From NCBI GenBank assembly GCA_963724325.1, contig CAVRUH010000001.1:544001-608000 (forward strand): a stretch of DNA of 64,000 nucleotides, in the 5' to 3' direction. Below the pieces are notes generated by a model. The model was not told where the DNA came from. It saw nothing but the letters and a program-made list of their open reading frames with translations, and made no database searches. Below are positions 42,979-57,386 of this stretch, in pieces. This stretch comes from Waddliaceae bacterium (GTDB lineage: Bacteria; Chlamydiota; Chlamydiia; Chlamydiales; Waddliaceae). How positions within the stretch are numbered: position 1 is the first letter of the stretch; the number at the start of each line of letters is the position of its first letter. The translations under genes and the position numbers were made by a program.

Positions 42979-43702
42979 TATGGACTTTATGGACAAGACA
43001 AATGGACGATATGGACAGTTATGGACTTTATGGACAAGACAAATGGATGATATGGACAGTTATGGACTTTATGGACAAGAAGAATGGACAGTATGGACAG
43101 TTATGGACATTAATGGACAATACAGATGGACAAGTCGTCCATATCGTCCATCCTTCTTGTCCATAAAGTCCCTAACTGTCCATACTGTCCATTCTTCCGG
43201 TCCATAAAGTCCATAATCGACAATTAAGGACACTAATGGACTTTATGGATAATGCAGATGGACAATTCGTCCATATCGTCCATCCTTCTTGTCCATAAAG
43301 TCCATAACTGTCCATACCGTCCATTCTTCCGGTCCATAAAGTCAATAATCGACAATTAAGGACACTCATGGACTTTATGGACAATGCAGATGAACAATTT
43401 GTCCATATCGTCTATCCTTCTTGTCCATAAAGTCCATAACTGTCCATACTGTCCATTCTTCCGGTCCATAAAGTCCATAATCGACAATTAAGGACACTAA
43501 TGGACTTTATGGACAATACAGATGGACAATTCATCCATATCGTCCATCCTTCTTGTCCATAAAGTCCATAACTGTCCATACCGTCCATTCTTCCGGTCCA
43601 TAAAGTCCATAATCGACAATTAAGGACACTCATGGACTTTATGGACAATGCAGATGAACAATTTGTCCATATCGTCCACCCTTCTTGTCCATAAAGTCCA
43701 TA
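42979..43702. repeat. ATGGAC/GTCCAT-based fold-back repeat tract containing a 132-bp tandem repeat (about 4.3 copies from 43136)
   Basis: TCGACAATTAAGGACAC recurs at 43217, 43349, 43481 and 43613; TGGACTTTATGGAC and its reverse complement GTCCATAAAGTCCA both occur many times. Confidence 0.92.
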
Positions 43703-44148
43703 ATGTCTATCTTTGCGGTCTATAACTGCCCATATCATAACATCCTTCCGGTCCCATATACATCAACCTAAAATATTTTTTACCATTGAGATCACCGAAA
43801 GCGCAAGAGAGGTCATTAAATGTAAAATAGTTCTCTCTGCTATCTCTGTTTTCTCAGTGTGCTCGGTGTTATTTTAGATGGGTGCATATGCCTTCCTGTC
43901 CCTAAAGTCCATACCGTCCCTCTCCTTTCCTATCCATAATCGCCCATCTTTTTCAGCCCATTTCATCCATTTTTCTCATCTATTTTATGTATCTACCCCT
44001 TTTTTATAACAATTTTCCCTTCTCCAAATAATTTATAAACTTTTTTATAAAACACTTCCACAATATATCCACAGTATGATTCATATTGTATAAAAATATT
44101 TAAAAAATGACAAGAAATTATTTTTTTTCGAAAAATTGCAAAAAGAGG

Positions 44149-44178
44149 TTGCGAAAATAATCCCAGGTCGGACATAAT
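44149..44178 (+). promoter_or_regulatory. rRNA operon 2 promoter
   Basis: TTGCGA-18 nt-CATAAT followed by a leader matching operon 1. Confidence 0.55.
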
Positions 44179-44369
44179 GTGGCCATCTTTTTAGTAAATC
44201 TGATGATAAAGTAGAAAGATGAAGACAGTGCCAAAGAGCACTGAAGTTGTTTTGACAGTGATAGAAAGGTAATGTGCAAACCATGAAGAGCTTGTGTGTG
44301 AGACTCAATTTATTGAGTACACATATTCTCTATCAAATTTTATTATATCAAGTTTTCATAGAGTTTTTT

Positions 44370-45926
<1,557 letters not shown>

Positions 45927-46158
45927 TAAGGACAATAGGCACGTTTCATTACAGTGTCCTATGGTTGAGGCAAGCCTTTATGATGCACATTACCCTCCTC
46001 TCACTGTCAAGATAATACATATCTCGAAAGTCAATAGAAATAATAATACCTCAGGACTCGTTTGCTACTCAAACAGAGCCCAAGGAGTAAACTAGTAACA
46101 CTGACAATAATCGACGCTTGAGGAATATTCCTCAGCATCACACACATCATGTTTTTTA

Positions 46159-49110
<2,952 letters not shown>

Positions 49111-49194
49111 TATTTTTTTGATGTTTGGGAGAGCTGATAAAGCCTCAAGCGTCGTTTACTATCAATGTCACATTTCTATTGACAATCGAGCTTT

Positions 49195-49310
49195 GCTTGG
49201 TGGCTATGGAGAAGGGGGTACACCTGAACCCTTTCCGAACTCAGAAGTTAAGCCCTTCATCGCCAATGGTACTATACACAAGAGTATGGGAGAGTAGGAC
49301 GCCGCCAAGC
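49195..49310 (+). rRNA. rrf: 5S rRNA (operon 2)
   Basis: Same sequence as 42807-42922. Confidence 0.95.
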
Positions 49311-49366
49311 TTTTTTTTCCGGACGAGACGAACAATGTTCATCTCGTCCTTTTTTTTGCCCAAAAA

Positions 49367-49691
49367 TATGGACTTTATGGACAAGACAAATGGACGATAT
49401 GGACAGTTATGGACTTTATGGACAAGAAGAATGGACAGTATGGACAGTTATGGACTTTATGGACAATGCAGATGGACAATTCGTCCATCCTTTTTGTCCA
49501 TAAAGTCCATAACTGTCCATACCGTCCATTCTTCCGGTCCATAAAGTCCATAATCGACAATTATGGACACTAATGGACTTTATGGACAATGCAGATGGAC
49601 AATTCGTCCATATCGTCCATCCTTCTTGTCCATACCGTCCATAACTGTCCATACCGTCCATTCTTCCGGTCCATAAAGTCCATAATCGTCC
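49367..49691. repeat. Shorter copy of the ATGGAC/GTCCAT fold-back repeat tract
   Basis: Same sub-motifs as 42979-43702; one TCGACAATT-containing unit at 49554. Confidence 0.9.
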
Positions 49692-49739
49692 TTTTCTTTT
49701 TCTTTTCTTTATTTGCACAATTTGGTACAATCTTTACAA

Positions 49740-50465
49740 ATGTCACATAAATCTGCACAATATATCATGGGGAAGAACACAATACGCGAACTTCTCCGCT
49801 CTTCACCAGAAAGGATTATCGAAGTCTTTTCCTCCAATCCTAAAGATGATCTCTATAACGAACTCACAAAAAATCGAGTTGCTGTACGAGATACTCCTAA
49901 AGGGAAACTCACAGAAATGGTAAATACAGACTCACATCAGGGCATAGTGGCCTCAATCAAACAAAGACCCCTAACAGACCTAAAGGAATTTTTATCTTCA
50001 CCCAAGTCGAAAAGCCTCGTCGTTGTATTAGACTCTATTTATGATCCGCAAAATTTGGGAACTATCTTGCGCGCATCTGAATGCTTTGGAGTCGATCTTG
50101 TCGTCTACTCGAAAAATCGAGGCACTGACATCACCCCAGTGGTCAGTAAGGCGAGCTCCGGAGCCACGGAATTGGTCCCAATATGCAAAGTGTCGAATCT
50201 TGCAGAGACCATTAAGCAATTCCAAGAAGCAGGTTATTGGGCTGTTGTGGCTGAGGCTGGAGAAAAATCTACCTCTCTTTATGATTTTAAATTTCCCGAA
50301 AAAACAGTACTTGTAATGGGTTCCGAAGGAGAAGGGGTGCAGCCGCTTATAAGCAAAAATTCAGATTTTCATTTATATATTCCGATGTTGGGTCGCATTG
50401 ATTCGTTGAATGTCTCACAGGCAGCAGCAGTCTTTCTTGCGCACTTTCGTCAAAACAAACAATAA
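49740..50465 (+). CDS. rlmB: 23S rRNA (Gm2251) 2'-O-methyltransferase, TrmH/SpoU family
   Basis: HQGIVA, LDSIYDPQNLGTILR, MGSEGEGV, IPMLGRIDSLNVSQA; ATG at 49740. Confidence 0.9.
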   Translation: MSHKSAQYIMGKNTIRELLRSSPERIIEVFSSNPKDDLYNELTKNRVAVRDTPKGKLTEMVNTDSHQGIVASIKQRPLTDLKEFLSSPKSKSLVVVLDSIYDPQNLGTILRASECFGVDLVVYSKNRGTDITPVVSKASSGATELVPICKVSNLAETIKQFQEAGYWAVVAEAGEKSTSLYDFKFPEKTVLVMGSEGEGVQPLISKNSDFHLYIPMLGRIDSLNVSQAAAVFLAHFRQNKQ

Positions 50466-50482
50466 AAACAGGAGCAATTTAG

Positions 50483-50863
50483 ATGACAGTACAATCAATC
50501 GATCTTGCATGGATCGTGGTAAAGGATTTAAAGAATGCGATTAAATTTTATACCGAAGTTTTAGGCATGAAACTCGAAGTGGAAAATGAAATGTATGGCT
50601 GGGCTGAACTTGTAGGTCAGAACGGCGGCATGAGACTTGGAATTGCACAACAAAGTGATATGGAAGAGGTCGCTCCAGGTTCAAATGCAATCCTCACCCT
50701 TAAAGTTGCAAACATTGATGCCTCCAAAAAGGATTTGATCAGCAAAGGTGCAAAACTTCTTGGCGATATTATTGAAGTCCCCGGGCAAGTAAAAATGCAA
50801 ACTTTAATCGATACAGATGGAAATCGTCTGCAAATAGTAGAATTACTAAGTCAACATCTTTAG
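50483..50863 (+). CDS. VOC/glyoxalase family protein
   Basis: VKDLKNAIKFYTEVLG ... DTDGNRLQIVE; GGAG RBS. Confidence 0.88.
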   Translation: MTVQSIDLAWIVVKDLKNAIKFYTEVLGMKLEVENEMYGWAELVGQNGGMRLGIAQQSDMEEVAPGSNAILTLKVANIDASKKDLISKGAKLLGDIIEVPGQVKMQTLIDTDGNRLQIVELLSQHL

Positions 50864-50884
50864 CAATAGCATAGTTCCAAGTTA

Positions 50885-51691
50885 CTATTTGCTGGTTTGG
50901 AATGCTGTCTTAAGAAATGCCTGCATGTCTTTCCATGATTCCTGATCTGCCTTTGAATTGTATCCAATTGGCATGTTAAATTTCTTGCCATTGGAATCGG
51001 CTTCAGGATTGGTAAAGCCATGCAGGGCATTTTCATATATTTTGAATTGATATTCTGCACCCGCTTTATCTAAAGCGGATTTAAACGCTGCTATTTGTTC
51101 AGGGGATGTAAATCGGTCGGCACCTCCTTGACAAACTAGAATTTTTGCCTTCACTTGACCAGGCTTGGGCTCAATTGAGGGGAGTGTTCCATGAAAACTA
51201 ACCACTGCGTCCAAGGGTAGTCCGATCATCGCCATTTTTAAAACTATGCCTCCTCCAAAACAGTAACCAATTGCGGCAATATGTTGTTTATCGGTATAAC
51301 GAAAGTCTTTTAATATTTGAAGTGCTGCCTTAAAACGATCTTCTGCATAGGCTCCGTTGCTGTTAACTTCACCTACATAGGTCCGGGCCTCTTCAGGATT
51401 CTGCGCTACTTTACCATCTCCAAACATATCTATAGCAAATGCTACGTATCCCAGTTCCGCGAGCATCTTTGCGCGATGACGAGCATATTCATTGTTTCCC
51501 CACCATTCAGGAACGACTAAAATCCCTGGGCGTTTTGTAGAAGTGTCGTCATTATAGGCAAGGTACCCTTTAAAGTTTTTTGAATCCACAGTATAATTGA
51601 TTTCTTGTTCTTGCACTGCAGCCATAGCTTCCGTAGTTAAAATGGTTAAAATTAAGATTCCGAATAATTTTTTTCTCATAGGGAACAACAC
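50885..51691 (-). CDS. Dienelactone hydrolase family protein (exported)
   Basis: PEWWG, GYCFGG nucleophile elbow, HGFTNP; signal peptide, likely start ATG at 51679. Confidence 0.92.
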   Translation of the reverse strand: MLFPMRKKLFGILILTILTTEAMAAVQEQEINYTVDSKNFKGYLAYNDDTSTKRPGILVVPEWWGNNEYARHRAKMLAELGYVAFAIDMFGDGKVAQNPEEARTYVGEVNSNGAYAEDRFKAALQILKDFRYTDKQHIAAIGYCFGGGIVLKMAMIGLPLDAVVSFHGTLPSIEPKPGQVKAKILVCQGGADRFTSPEQIAAFKSALDKAGAEYQFKIYENALHGFTNPEADSNGKKFNMPIGYNSKADQESWKDMQAFLKTAFQTSK

Positions 51692-51855
51692 CTTTATTAT
51701 GTTTTTTTGACATTAACATATGATGTCATATTTTGTAAAATGCTCTAGTAGGAGACGGCTGCTAAAAATAATTTTTTGGATAATGCGATAACTCGTTTCT
51801 GGTGAATTTTCCTCTTGTAGATATATCCAATATCGTTTAGAATTTTTGCTTATTC

Positions 51856-51942
51856 GGAGGAGTGTCCGAGTGGCTTAAGGAGCACGCTTGGAAAGCGTGT
51901 GTACGTTAACACGTACCGTGGGTTCGAATCCCACCTCCTCCG
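51856..51942 (+). tRNA. tRNA-Ser(GGA)
   Basis: GGAGGAGTGTCCGAGTGG...CACGC-TTGGAAA-GCGTG, long variable arm, GGTTCGAATCC; CCA not encoded. Confidence 0.95.
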
Positions 51943-52094
51943 TCACATGGGATGATCTGACACTGCGATGAGCTTATCAAAGGGTTCACGTAGTGTTATG
52001 ATCGCCTTTTTGTCTTTCATTACATCAGTGACAACTGCACCCGTTCTTTTATAGACAGCAGGGGTCTTATATATCGCGGATCGTGTACAGTGGT

Positions 52095-53057
52095 TCAAAA
52101 ATTAACCCTCTTTGTGATGTAATCCTTCAATAGAGCTTCAAAATCTACGTCGGTGTTACCTTCTTTAATCGTTTGAGCTTCCTCATCTAAGATAACTCTT
52201 GAATCTTTCATAAACTGCAGGAACTCAATCGTTCCCAACGTTGGATCAAATGAATTCTCTTGATATTCAGGGGGTTGATGTTTGATAAACGTTAGCCCGA
52301 TGTTATGTGCTTTGATGACGCTTGCTAATTTTTCTCTATGAGCATACGAGTTCTCAAAAATCACGATTTTTTCTGGTTTCTTTATGAGCCTGCTTAAAAA
52401 GACGTCTAAGGCCCTATCTAGGGGTTTTTTATTGGTAAAGATAATTCCTTTTGCAAATGTGTATTCATCTGTTGCATTTACTTCTTGACCATATTCACAA
52501 CTCGAATTTTCACTGATTTTCATCTTCCCAACCAATGAGACTGACTTTTCTAAATCAATTCCTAATTTTTTCAAATGATTGGAAGTCGTTATCCCGAAAT
52601 TTGGATCATATGGCGCCGCCCAATTTTTCATTGAAATTGCAATAAGAGGGACTCCTTTCGCCTGCAATTCTTTGATTACCGAAGGCGCATTATTATAAAC
52701 CAGCTTCTTATCAACCTGATTCACAATAATATTTTCGATGCTATTTGCTATTTCCGAAGCAAGCTCCGTGTCTGAGACAACTTTTCGAACACGATCAGCA
52801 ACATAGATCCGCCATTTCTTATCCGACATGGTGTTGCATGGTTTGTAAAGAGTATCTGAAATATCGGTGAGAATGAGCGTGCTTTGGTTAGAAACTTCAA
52901 GTAATACCGAAATATCGGTTACTTCAATTGCGTCATTTGCGAAAACTTGCTCTGAAGAAGAAACATACATAATGCACCCCGTAATTATTACAAAATTTAA
53001 TAATAAGTATTTAATCATAAACCACACAAAAATAATAAAGTTTATCATACCACACAA
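52095..53057 (-). CDS. DUF2608-like HAD-superfamily protein
   Basis: LILTDISDTL (DxDxT-like), KGIIFT, KPEKIVIFEN resemble chlamydial DUF2608; start uncertain. Confidence 0.65.
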   Translation of the reverse strand: MCGMINFIIFVWFMIKYLLLNFVIITGCIMYVSSSEQVFANDAIEVTDISVLLEVSNQSTLILTDISDTLYKPCNTMSDKKWRIYVADRVRKVVSDTELASEIANSIENIIVNQVDKKLVYNNAPSVIKELQAKGVPLIAISMKNWAAPYDPNFGITTSNHLKKLGIDLEKSVSLVGKMKISENSSCEYGQEVNATDEYTFAKGIIFTNKKPLDRALDVFLSRLIKKPEKIVIFENSYAHREKLASVIKAHNIGLTFIKHQPPEYQENSFDPTLGTIEFLQFMKDSRVILDEEAQTIKEGNTDVDFEALLKDYITKRVNF

Positions 53058-53537
53058 ATTCTCTATGATCGCAAAATCCGGTTGGAATTTGATTAGCCGT
53101 TATCATGAGACCTTCTCATGATTTTCAGCTACATTGTATCGAAAAATAAATTACATGTCAATAAGCAGTATTTTTTATTTTTTTATTTTTAAAATGTCAA
53201 ATTAAGATTATTTAATTTATATTTAATAATTGTATTGATTATTAGATTCAAAAAATAATATATTTATTTTTTTTCACTACTTAAGTCACAACCGGCATCA
53301 ACTCCGCCACGATACCCCCAAATTCCCTCCAGGGAAAAGTTCGAAGACCGTCCCACGTCTCCGAATCGACTTGGTAGAAACAGTTGTTGTGTACACTCAC
53401 TTATATTCTTTACCGAGGGTCTGCAGAATTTGTCTTGCGGTTTTTAATGAAGAGCTGTATTTATCTAGGAAAAAAAGGAAAGTACTTTAATTTTAGAACC
53501 TCACTTTAATGTGCCAATAGTGATTTAAGGAGCATTT

Positions 53538-54347
53538 GTGATAGACAAAGAGTTTAGAAAATTCATATCCACGGTCGATATGATGAACATTATCAGTTTT
53601 ATTTTGCTGCTGGTGTTTCTTGTGGTAGTGGTAAAATGTTTTGATATGATTTCTCGGGTAGTCATCAAGAAGTTCCCAAAAAAACGCATGCACATTTTTC
53701 AATGGATGCCTGCTTTTAGTTTCATTATTTATTTCTTCGGAATCACTGTGGGTGTGTATCTAATTTTTAATCCTTCACATGAGGTACTTCTTTGGTTTTT
53801 CGCAAGCGCAAGCATTGCAATCGCTTTTGCTTTCAAAGATGTTTTGGTCTCAATTATCTCTGGGATAATTTTATTGATTGATAAACCGTTTCAAGTTGGT
53901 GATCGCATCACATTTGATGGCGTATATGGTGAAGTTATTGCTCTTGGATTAAGATCGGTAAAACTGTTGACGTTGGATGAAAGTGTTGTCACGGTGCCTA
54001 ATGGTCGTTTCATGAATGACATTGTGAGCTCAAGCAGTGCAGGTCAATTAAAGATGATGACTACCGTTGATATTCATGTCCCAATTGATGAGGATCTCTA
54101 TAAATCTAGAGATATTCTCGAAAAATTAGCTAGAGAGAGCTTCTATCTAGACCCAGAAAAAAAGTCACTCATAGTTGTTAAAGAAGTGCTGGGGGTGGGA
54201 GGAGTGATTTCTACCATAATGACGGCAAAATGTGTGGTAAAAGATGCCCGTCAGGAAAAAGCCTTTCAAACAGATTTTCTTTTAGATGTCGCTCGTGAAT
54301 TTAAAAAGCAAAATATTTTCCGGAAATTTAACTACACCAAAGACTAA
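53538..54347 (+). CDS. Small-conductance mechanosensitive channel (MscS family)
   Basis: AFAFKD...SGIILLIDKPFQVGDRI...GEVIALGLRS...VPN. Confidence 0.9.
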   Translation: MIDKEFRKFISTVDMMNIISFILLLVFLVVVVKCFDMISRVVIKKFPKKRMHIFQWMPAFSFIIYFFGITVGVYLIFNPSHEVLLWFFASASIAIAFAFKDVLVSIISGIILLIDKPFQVGDRITFDGVYGEVIALGLRSVKLLTLDESVVTVPNGRFMNDIVSSSSAGQLKMMTTVDIHVPIDEDLYKSRDILEKLARESFYLDPEKKSLIVVKEVLGVGGVISTIMTAKCVVKDARQEKAFQTDFLLDVAREFKKQNIFRKFNYTKD

Positions 54348-54381
54348 GGGATTGTAAGGAAATATATTTTACAGTTTCCGA

Positions 54382-55363
54382 GGGTTTGTTTTTTACCTTT
54401 TTTTGATCACGCACATACTTGAGAAAATCGGGAATTATAAATAGATAATACAAACAACTTGATTTATTACTTGAAATTGTATACCTTAATAATTAAGAGG
54501 TAAATATGTTCATGGGTAGTCTGCCCTTGGAGTATTTTGTAACACAGTACTTTAGAGTAACATCAAAATCTTATTGAAAAAGTAATGTTCTTTTAGAGAG
54601 AGGGGCGCTGATCTCAAAATACAAAGAGAAAATGGACAAAAAGAAAGATTAATTTTGGAGGTTATATGACAATAAATTTTTCAGGTGCAAAAAATGAAAT
54701 AAAATATTTAACAATATCCAATGAAATCAAAAATCATTGTACCGATCTACTCAAAACAGAGGTTAAAGTTTCTAAGCAGTTAGATAGGTTTGATCAGCTA
54801 AATGAAAAAATTAGTGATTTAGGGAGTTGGATTATTGTGTTTCAAGAGAATGAGCAATCGGCACCGGAAAGATCATTAGCAGGGCGAATTGGAAAAGGTT
54901 TTGCATACGGGTTGGGTGGGGTTGGTGCGATATTGTTATGCCCAATTTCATGGGTTGCAGGTATCGTGCTGGGAGTACTTGGTATTTTTGGAGGGGGAAA
55001 GGAATTATTTGAAGTCAGTGGGAAGTGTTTTGGTGGACCTGTGATCTTGGCAGGAAGAGCATTTTTCGAATGCGTTAATTCAAAATATTTCTGGTCAAAT
55101 AAAGCTAATAAATTCCGTATGAAACAGGATGATTTAACTATCAAAAGAACAAACGCTATAAATGAAATAAAAAACCTACAAACAGAAATGGACGATATAG
55201 CAGTACGAGTCGATTCGGTAAAAGATCAAATCCCAAATTTAATTACAGCAAAGGACAGTTTGAAAAACAAGATCGAGCACCTAGATCAATAAAATTGAAA
55301 TTTTGTTTGCAAGCATTGGGTTTGTTTTTTACCTTTTTTTGATCACGCACATACTTGAGAAAA
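54382..55363 (+). repeat. 46-bp perfect direct repeat pair (54382-54427 and 55318-55363) flanking one gene
   Basis: GGGTTTGTTTTTTACCTTTTTTTGATCACGCACATACTTGAGAAAA appears twice, 936 bp apart. Confidence 0.9.
54666..55292 (+). CDS. Hypothetical protein with bilobed hydrophobic segment and flanking coiled coils (Inc-like candidate)
   Basis: GGAGG RBS; Gly-rich hydrophobic stretch GFAYGLGGVGAILLCPISWVAGIVLGVLGIFGG; heptad-like N- and C-termini. Confidence 0.65.
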   Translation: MTINFSGAKNEIKYLTISNEIKNHCTDLLKTEVKVSKQLDRFDQLNEKISDLGSWIIVFQENEQSAPERSLAGRIGKGFAYGLGGVGAILLCPISWVAGIVLGVLGIFGGGKELFEVSGKCFGGPVILAGRAFFECVNSKYFWSNKANKFRMKQDDLTIKRTNAINEIKNLQTEMDDIAVRVDSVKDQIPNLITAKDSLKNKIEHLDQ

Positions 55364-56057
55364 ACTGGATGGAATGGATGTTGCATTGGTAATAATTGAG
55401 CCCTTGCGGCGTTTTATCATTCCTTTTATTTGCATCGGCACATCCGGTGGCAGCGCCGATGTAATTAAGATCCTCGACCAAATTTTTTAACAATTCGACA
55501 GTTGTACCTTGTCCTGCCTTAGGGGCAGTCAAATTACCATTACCTCCGTATTCTCCCCAATATGAAGTGTGTAAATCTTCAATAATATAGATTCCGCCAC
55601 TCTTTACAAATGGAAACAAGTGCTGAAAACTGATTATTTGCTGATTCATTGTGTGTCCGCCATCATCGATGATCACATCAAATTCTCCACCGGTGTTTCT
55701 ACCAAACTGATCTAACGCATTTCTGTCGGATTGACTTAAAAAATGATAGTAGGAGCGACTTGTGGAATGCTGGATATAGGCATCTGTGATATCGATGAAA
55801 TGGAGTTCCCCATTCGGAAAATAGTTTTCCCATAACTTTACCGAGTTGCCTCTATAAATCCCTATTTCTAGAAACTTAATCGGTTTGTCCCGCAATGAAG
55901 CAAAAAGCTCGGAGTATACCTCGGTATAATTGTGAAAATTTGAGCTTTTGTCAGTCCCAGCCTCAAGAGCAAGTTTATCTAAATAAAGATATTCAAAATT
56001 ATCAAGCCCTAGAAGAGGTGTTGATGCAAGCCACAAACATATAATTATTTTTTTCAT
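55329..56057 (-). CDS. Class I SAM-dependent methyltransferase (macrolide/sugar O-methyltransferase-like) with signal peptide
   Basis: GTDK..HNY, FLEIGI, FDVIIDDGGH, GGIYIIEDLHTSYW. Confidence 0.85.
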   Translation of the reverse strand: MKKIIICLWLASTPLLGLDNFEYLYLDKLALEAGTDKSSNFHNYTEVYSELFASLRDKPIKFLEIGIYRGNSVKLWENYFPNGELHFIDITDAYIQHSTSRSYYHFLSQSDRNALDQFGRNTGGEFDVIIDDGGHTMNQQIISFQHLFPFVKSGGIYIIEDLHTSYWGEYGGNGNLTAPKAGQGTTVELLKNLVEDLNYIGAATGCADANKRNDKTPQGLNYYQCNIHSIQFFSSMCVIKKR

Positions 56058-56103
56058 AAAACCCGTCTATTTTTTTGAATCTCGACACCATTTTTTTCTA
56101 TTT

Positions 56104-56138
56104 CTTGCAATTTTGCATTTAAAATGCAAAATTGCAAG
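56104..56138. repeat. Perfect 17-bp-arm palindrome
   Basis: CTTGCAATTTTGCATTT-A-AAATGCAAAATTGCAAG. Confidence 0.8.
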
Positions 56139-56151
56139 CATTTTATTGAGG

Positions 56152-56568
56152 TCAAGCGACTTTCATTTCGAGAGTTTTGGGTGGGTCATTTAACTCGAGA
56201 AATTCCCTGAAGTGCATTGCAAATTCATCATTTTCGATGCAATCAGCCATAAGTAATCTAATAACAACTTCAGTTGTTAATGGCATGCCAGTGGCTTTAT
56301 CTTTTTTCCTCTCCCAACCGGATATGGTTGCATGGGTTTTTAAACCCAAAAGAGATGCAAATTCTTTTTGAGACAGTTTCATATAGGTTCGTACAAACAA
56401 AAGATGCATACCAGAAAAATGTGTGGGTAACCATAGGAGGGTTTTGAAAACCAAATCTTCAAGTTCTCGATGGTTTATCTTTGGCAGTGTTTCACCACGA
56501 AATTCAAAGGTTTTAACTCCTTTGAGGATGATTGGAAAACCTAGTCCATTGTATATTATTTTTTTCAT
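56152..56568 (-). CDS. XRE-family HTH regulator, MqsA/HigA antitoxin-like
   Basis: VRTYMKLSQKEFASLLG...ATISGWE HTH; N-terminal YNGLGFPIIL. Confidence 0.75.
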   Translation of the reverse strand: MKKIIYNGLGFPIILKGVKTFEFRGETLPKINHRELEDLVFKTLLWLPTHFSGMHLLFVRTYMKLSQKEFASLLGLKTHATISGWERKKDKATGMPLTTEVVIRLLMADCIENDEFAMHFREFLELNDPPKTLEMKVA

Positions 56569-56787
56569 ATGTCATACTTTAACATTTATGTCAATTTATG
56601 TCATTACCTAAAAAGGGAGGCAATATCAGTGAAGTGAAGTGTGAAGTCAAATCCCTTTACCTTTTTCTAGAATGAATGGAATTATTATGTTATGCTTTTG
56701 ATGATCATCAAAAGATGATGATCAATCAATAAAAACTCCAACTACGTCACTCTGGTGATCAGTTGCCAAATGAAAGGTTAAAAATTT

Positions 56788-57210
56788 ATGAATTGCTTTA
56801 GTCCAACAGAAAGAATAATACCGGAAACAATAAATGTCCTTGAAAAACCGATCGTTGCGATATTGCAGTGTGCAACGGGTATTTTAATAGTGCGATGCGA
56901 GGCTACGGGACAGCGGCTTCGTGGTCCATCGAATAGGATCTACGGTTATTCCAATGAAGAGAAGAAAAATGAGATGATAGAAGCTCAGAGAAAAGTTGAA
57001 GATAAATTTCGTAATGATGAGGGTCCTTTGTTTGGTTATACACGTCCTGTAGGGTACTGGCTTAGTGATGGGCACTTAGTTTCACCTTCATATCAAGGGG
57101 GAGAGAGAGTGAAACCTTACTATGGAACTGCATCAGAGATATTAAACATGAAACGTAAGATCAATTACGTCACAAACCCCCTCCTTGGTTTTTTTTCAAA
57201 AAGATTTTAG
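56788..57210 (+). CDS. Hypothetical protein
   Basis: 140-aa ORF with ATG, followed by a hairpin at about 57220-57267; no family recognised. Confidence 0.55.
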   Translation: MNCFSPTERIIPETINVLEKPIVAILQCATGILIVRCEATGQRLRGPSNRIYGYSNEEKKNEMIEAQRKVEDKFRNDEGPLFGYTRPVGYWLSDGHLVSPSYQGGERVKPYYGTASEILNMKRKINYVTNPLLGFFSKRF

Positions 57211-57386
57211 GTAGTGTGGTCAAGTCTGTCACTTCAGTGCTCTGAAGCATCAGAGTGGCAGGCTTGACTTCATATTGGCCTTATTTTCCATTTTTTTTTG
57301 ATGTGATAGTGTCATGCTATTTTATTTTATAAAATAATAATATGAAGTGATATAATAAGGATAACGGAATAATTAGGTAGGTAACA

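Noticed and set aside
42979..43702. CRISPR array
   Set aside because: Units repeat in full with no unique spacers, and there are no cas genes in the window
42737..43738. ORFs with WTLWT/MDSMD/YGLYG repeats (also 49125-49758)
   Set aside because: Translations of the DNA repeat in several frames and both strands; no RBS, and two of them overlap 5S rRNA
43782..43870. Degenerate CACAGAG/CTCTGTG-type palindromic repeat element
   Set aside because: Only loose complementarity (CACCGA...TCGGTG) and a single instance; too weak to call
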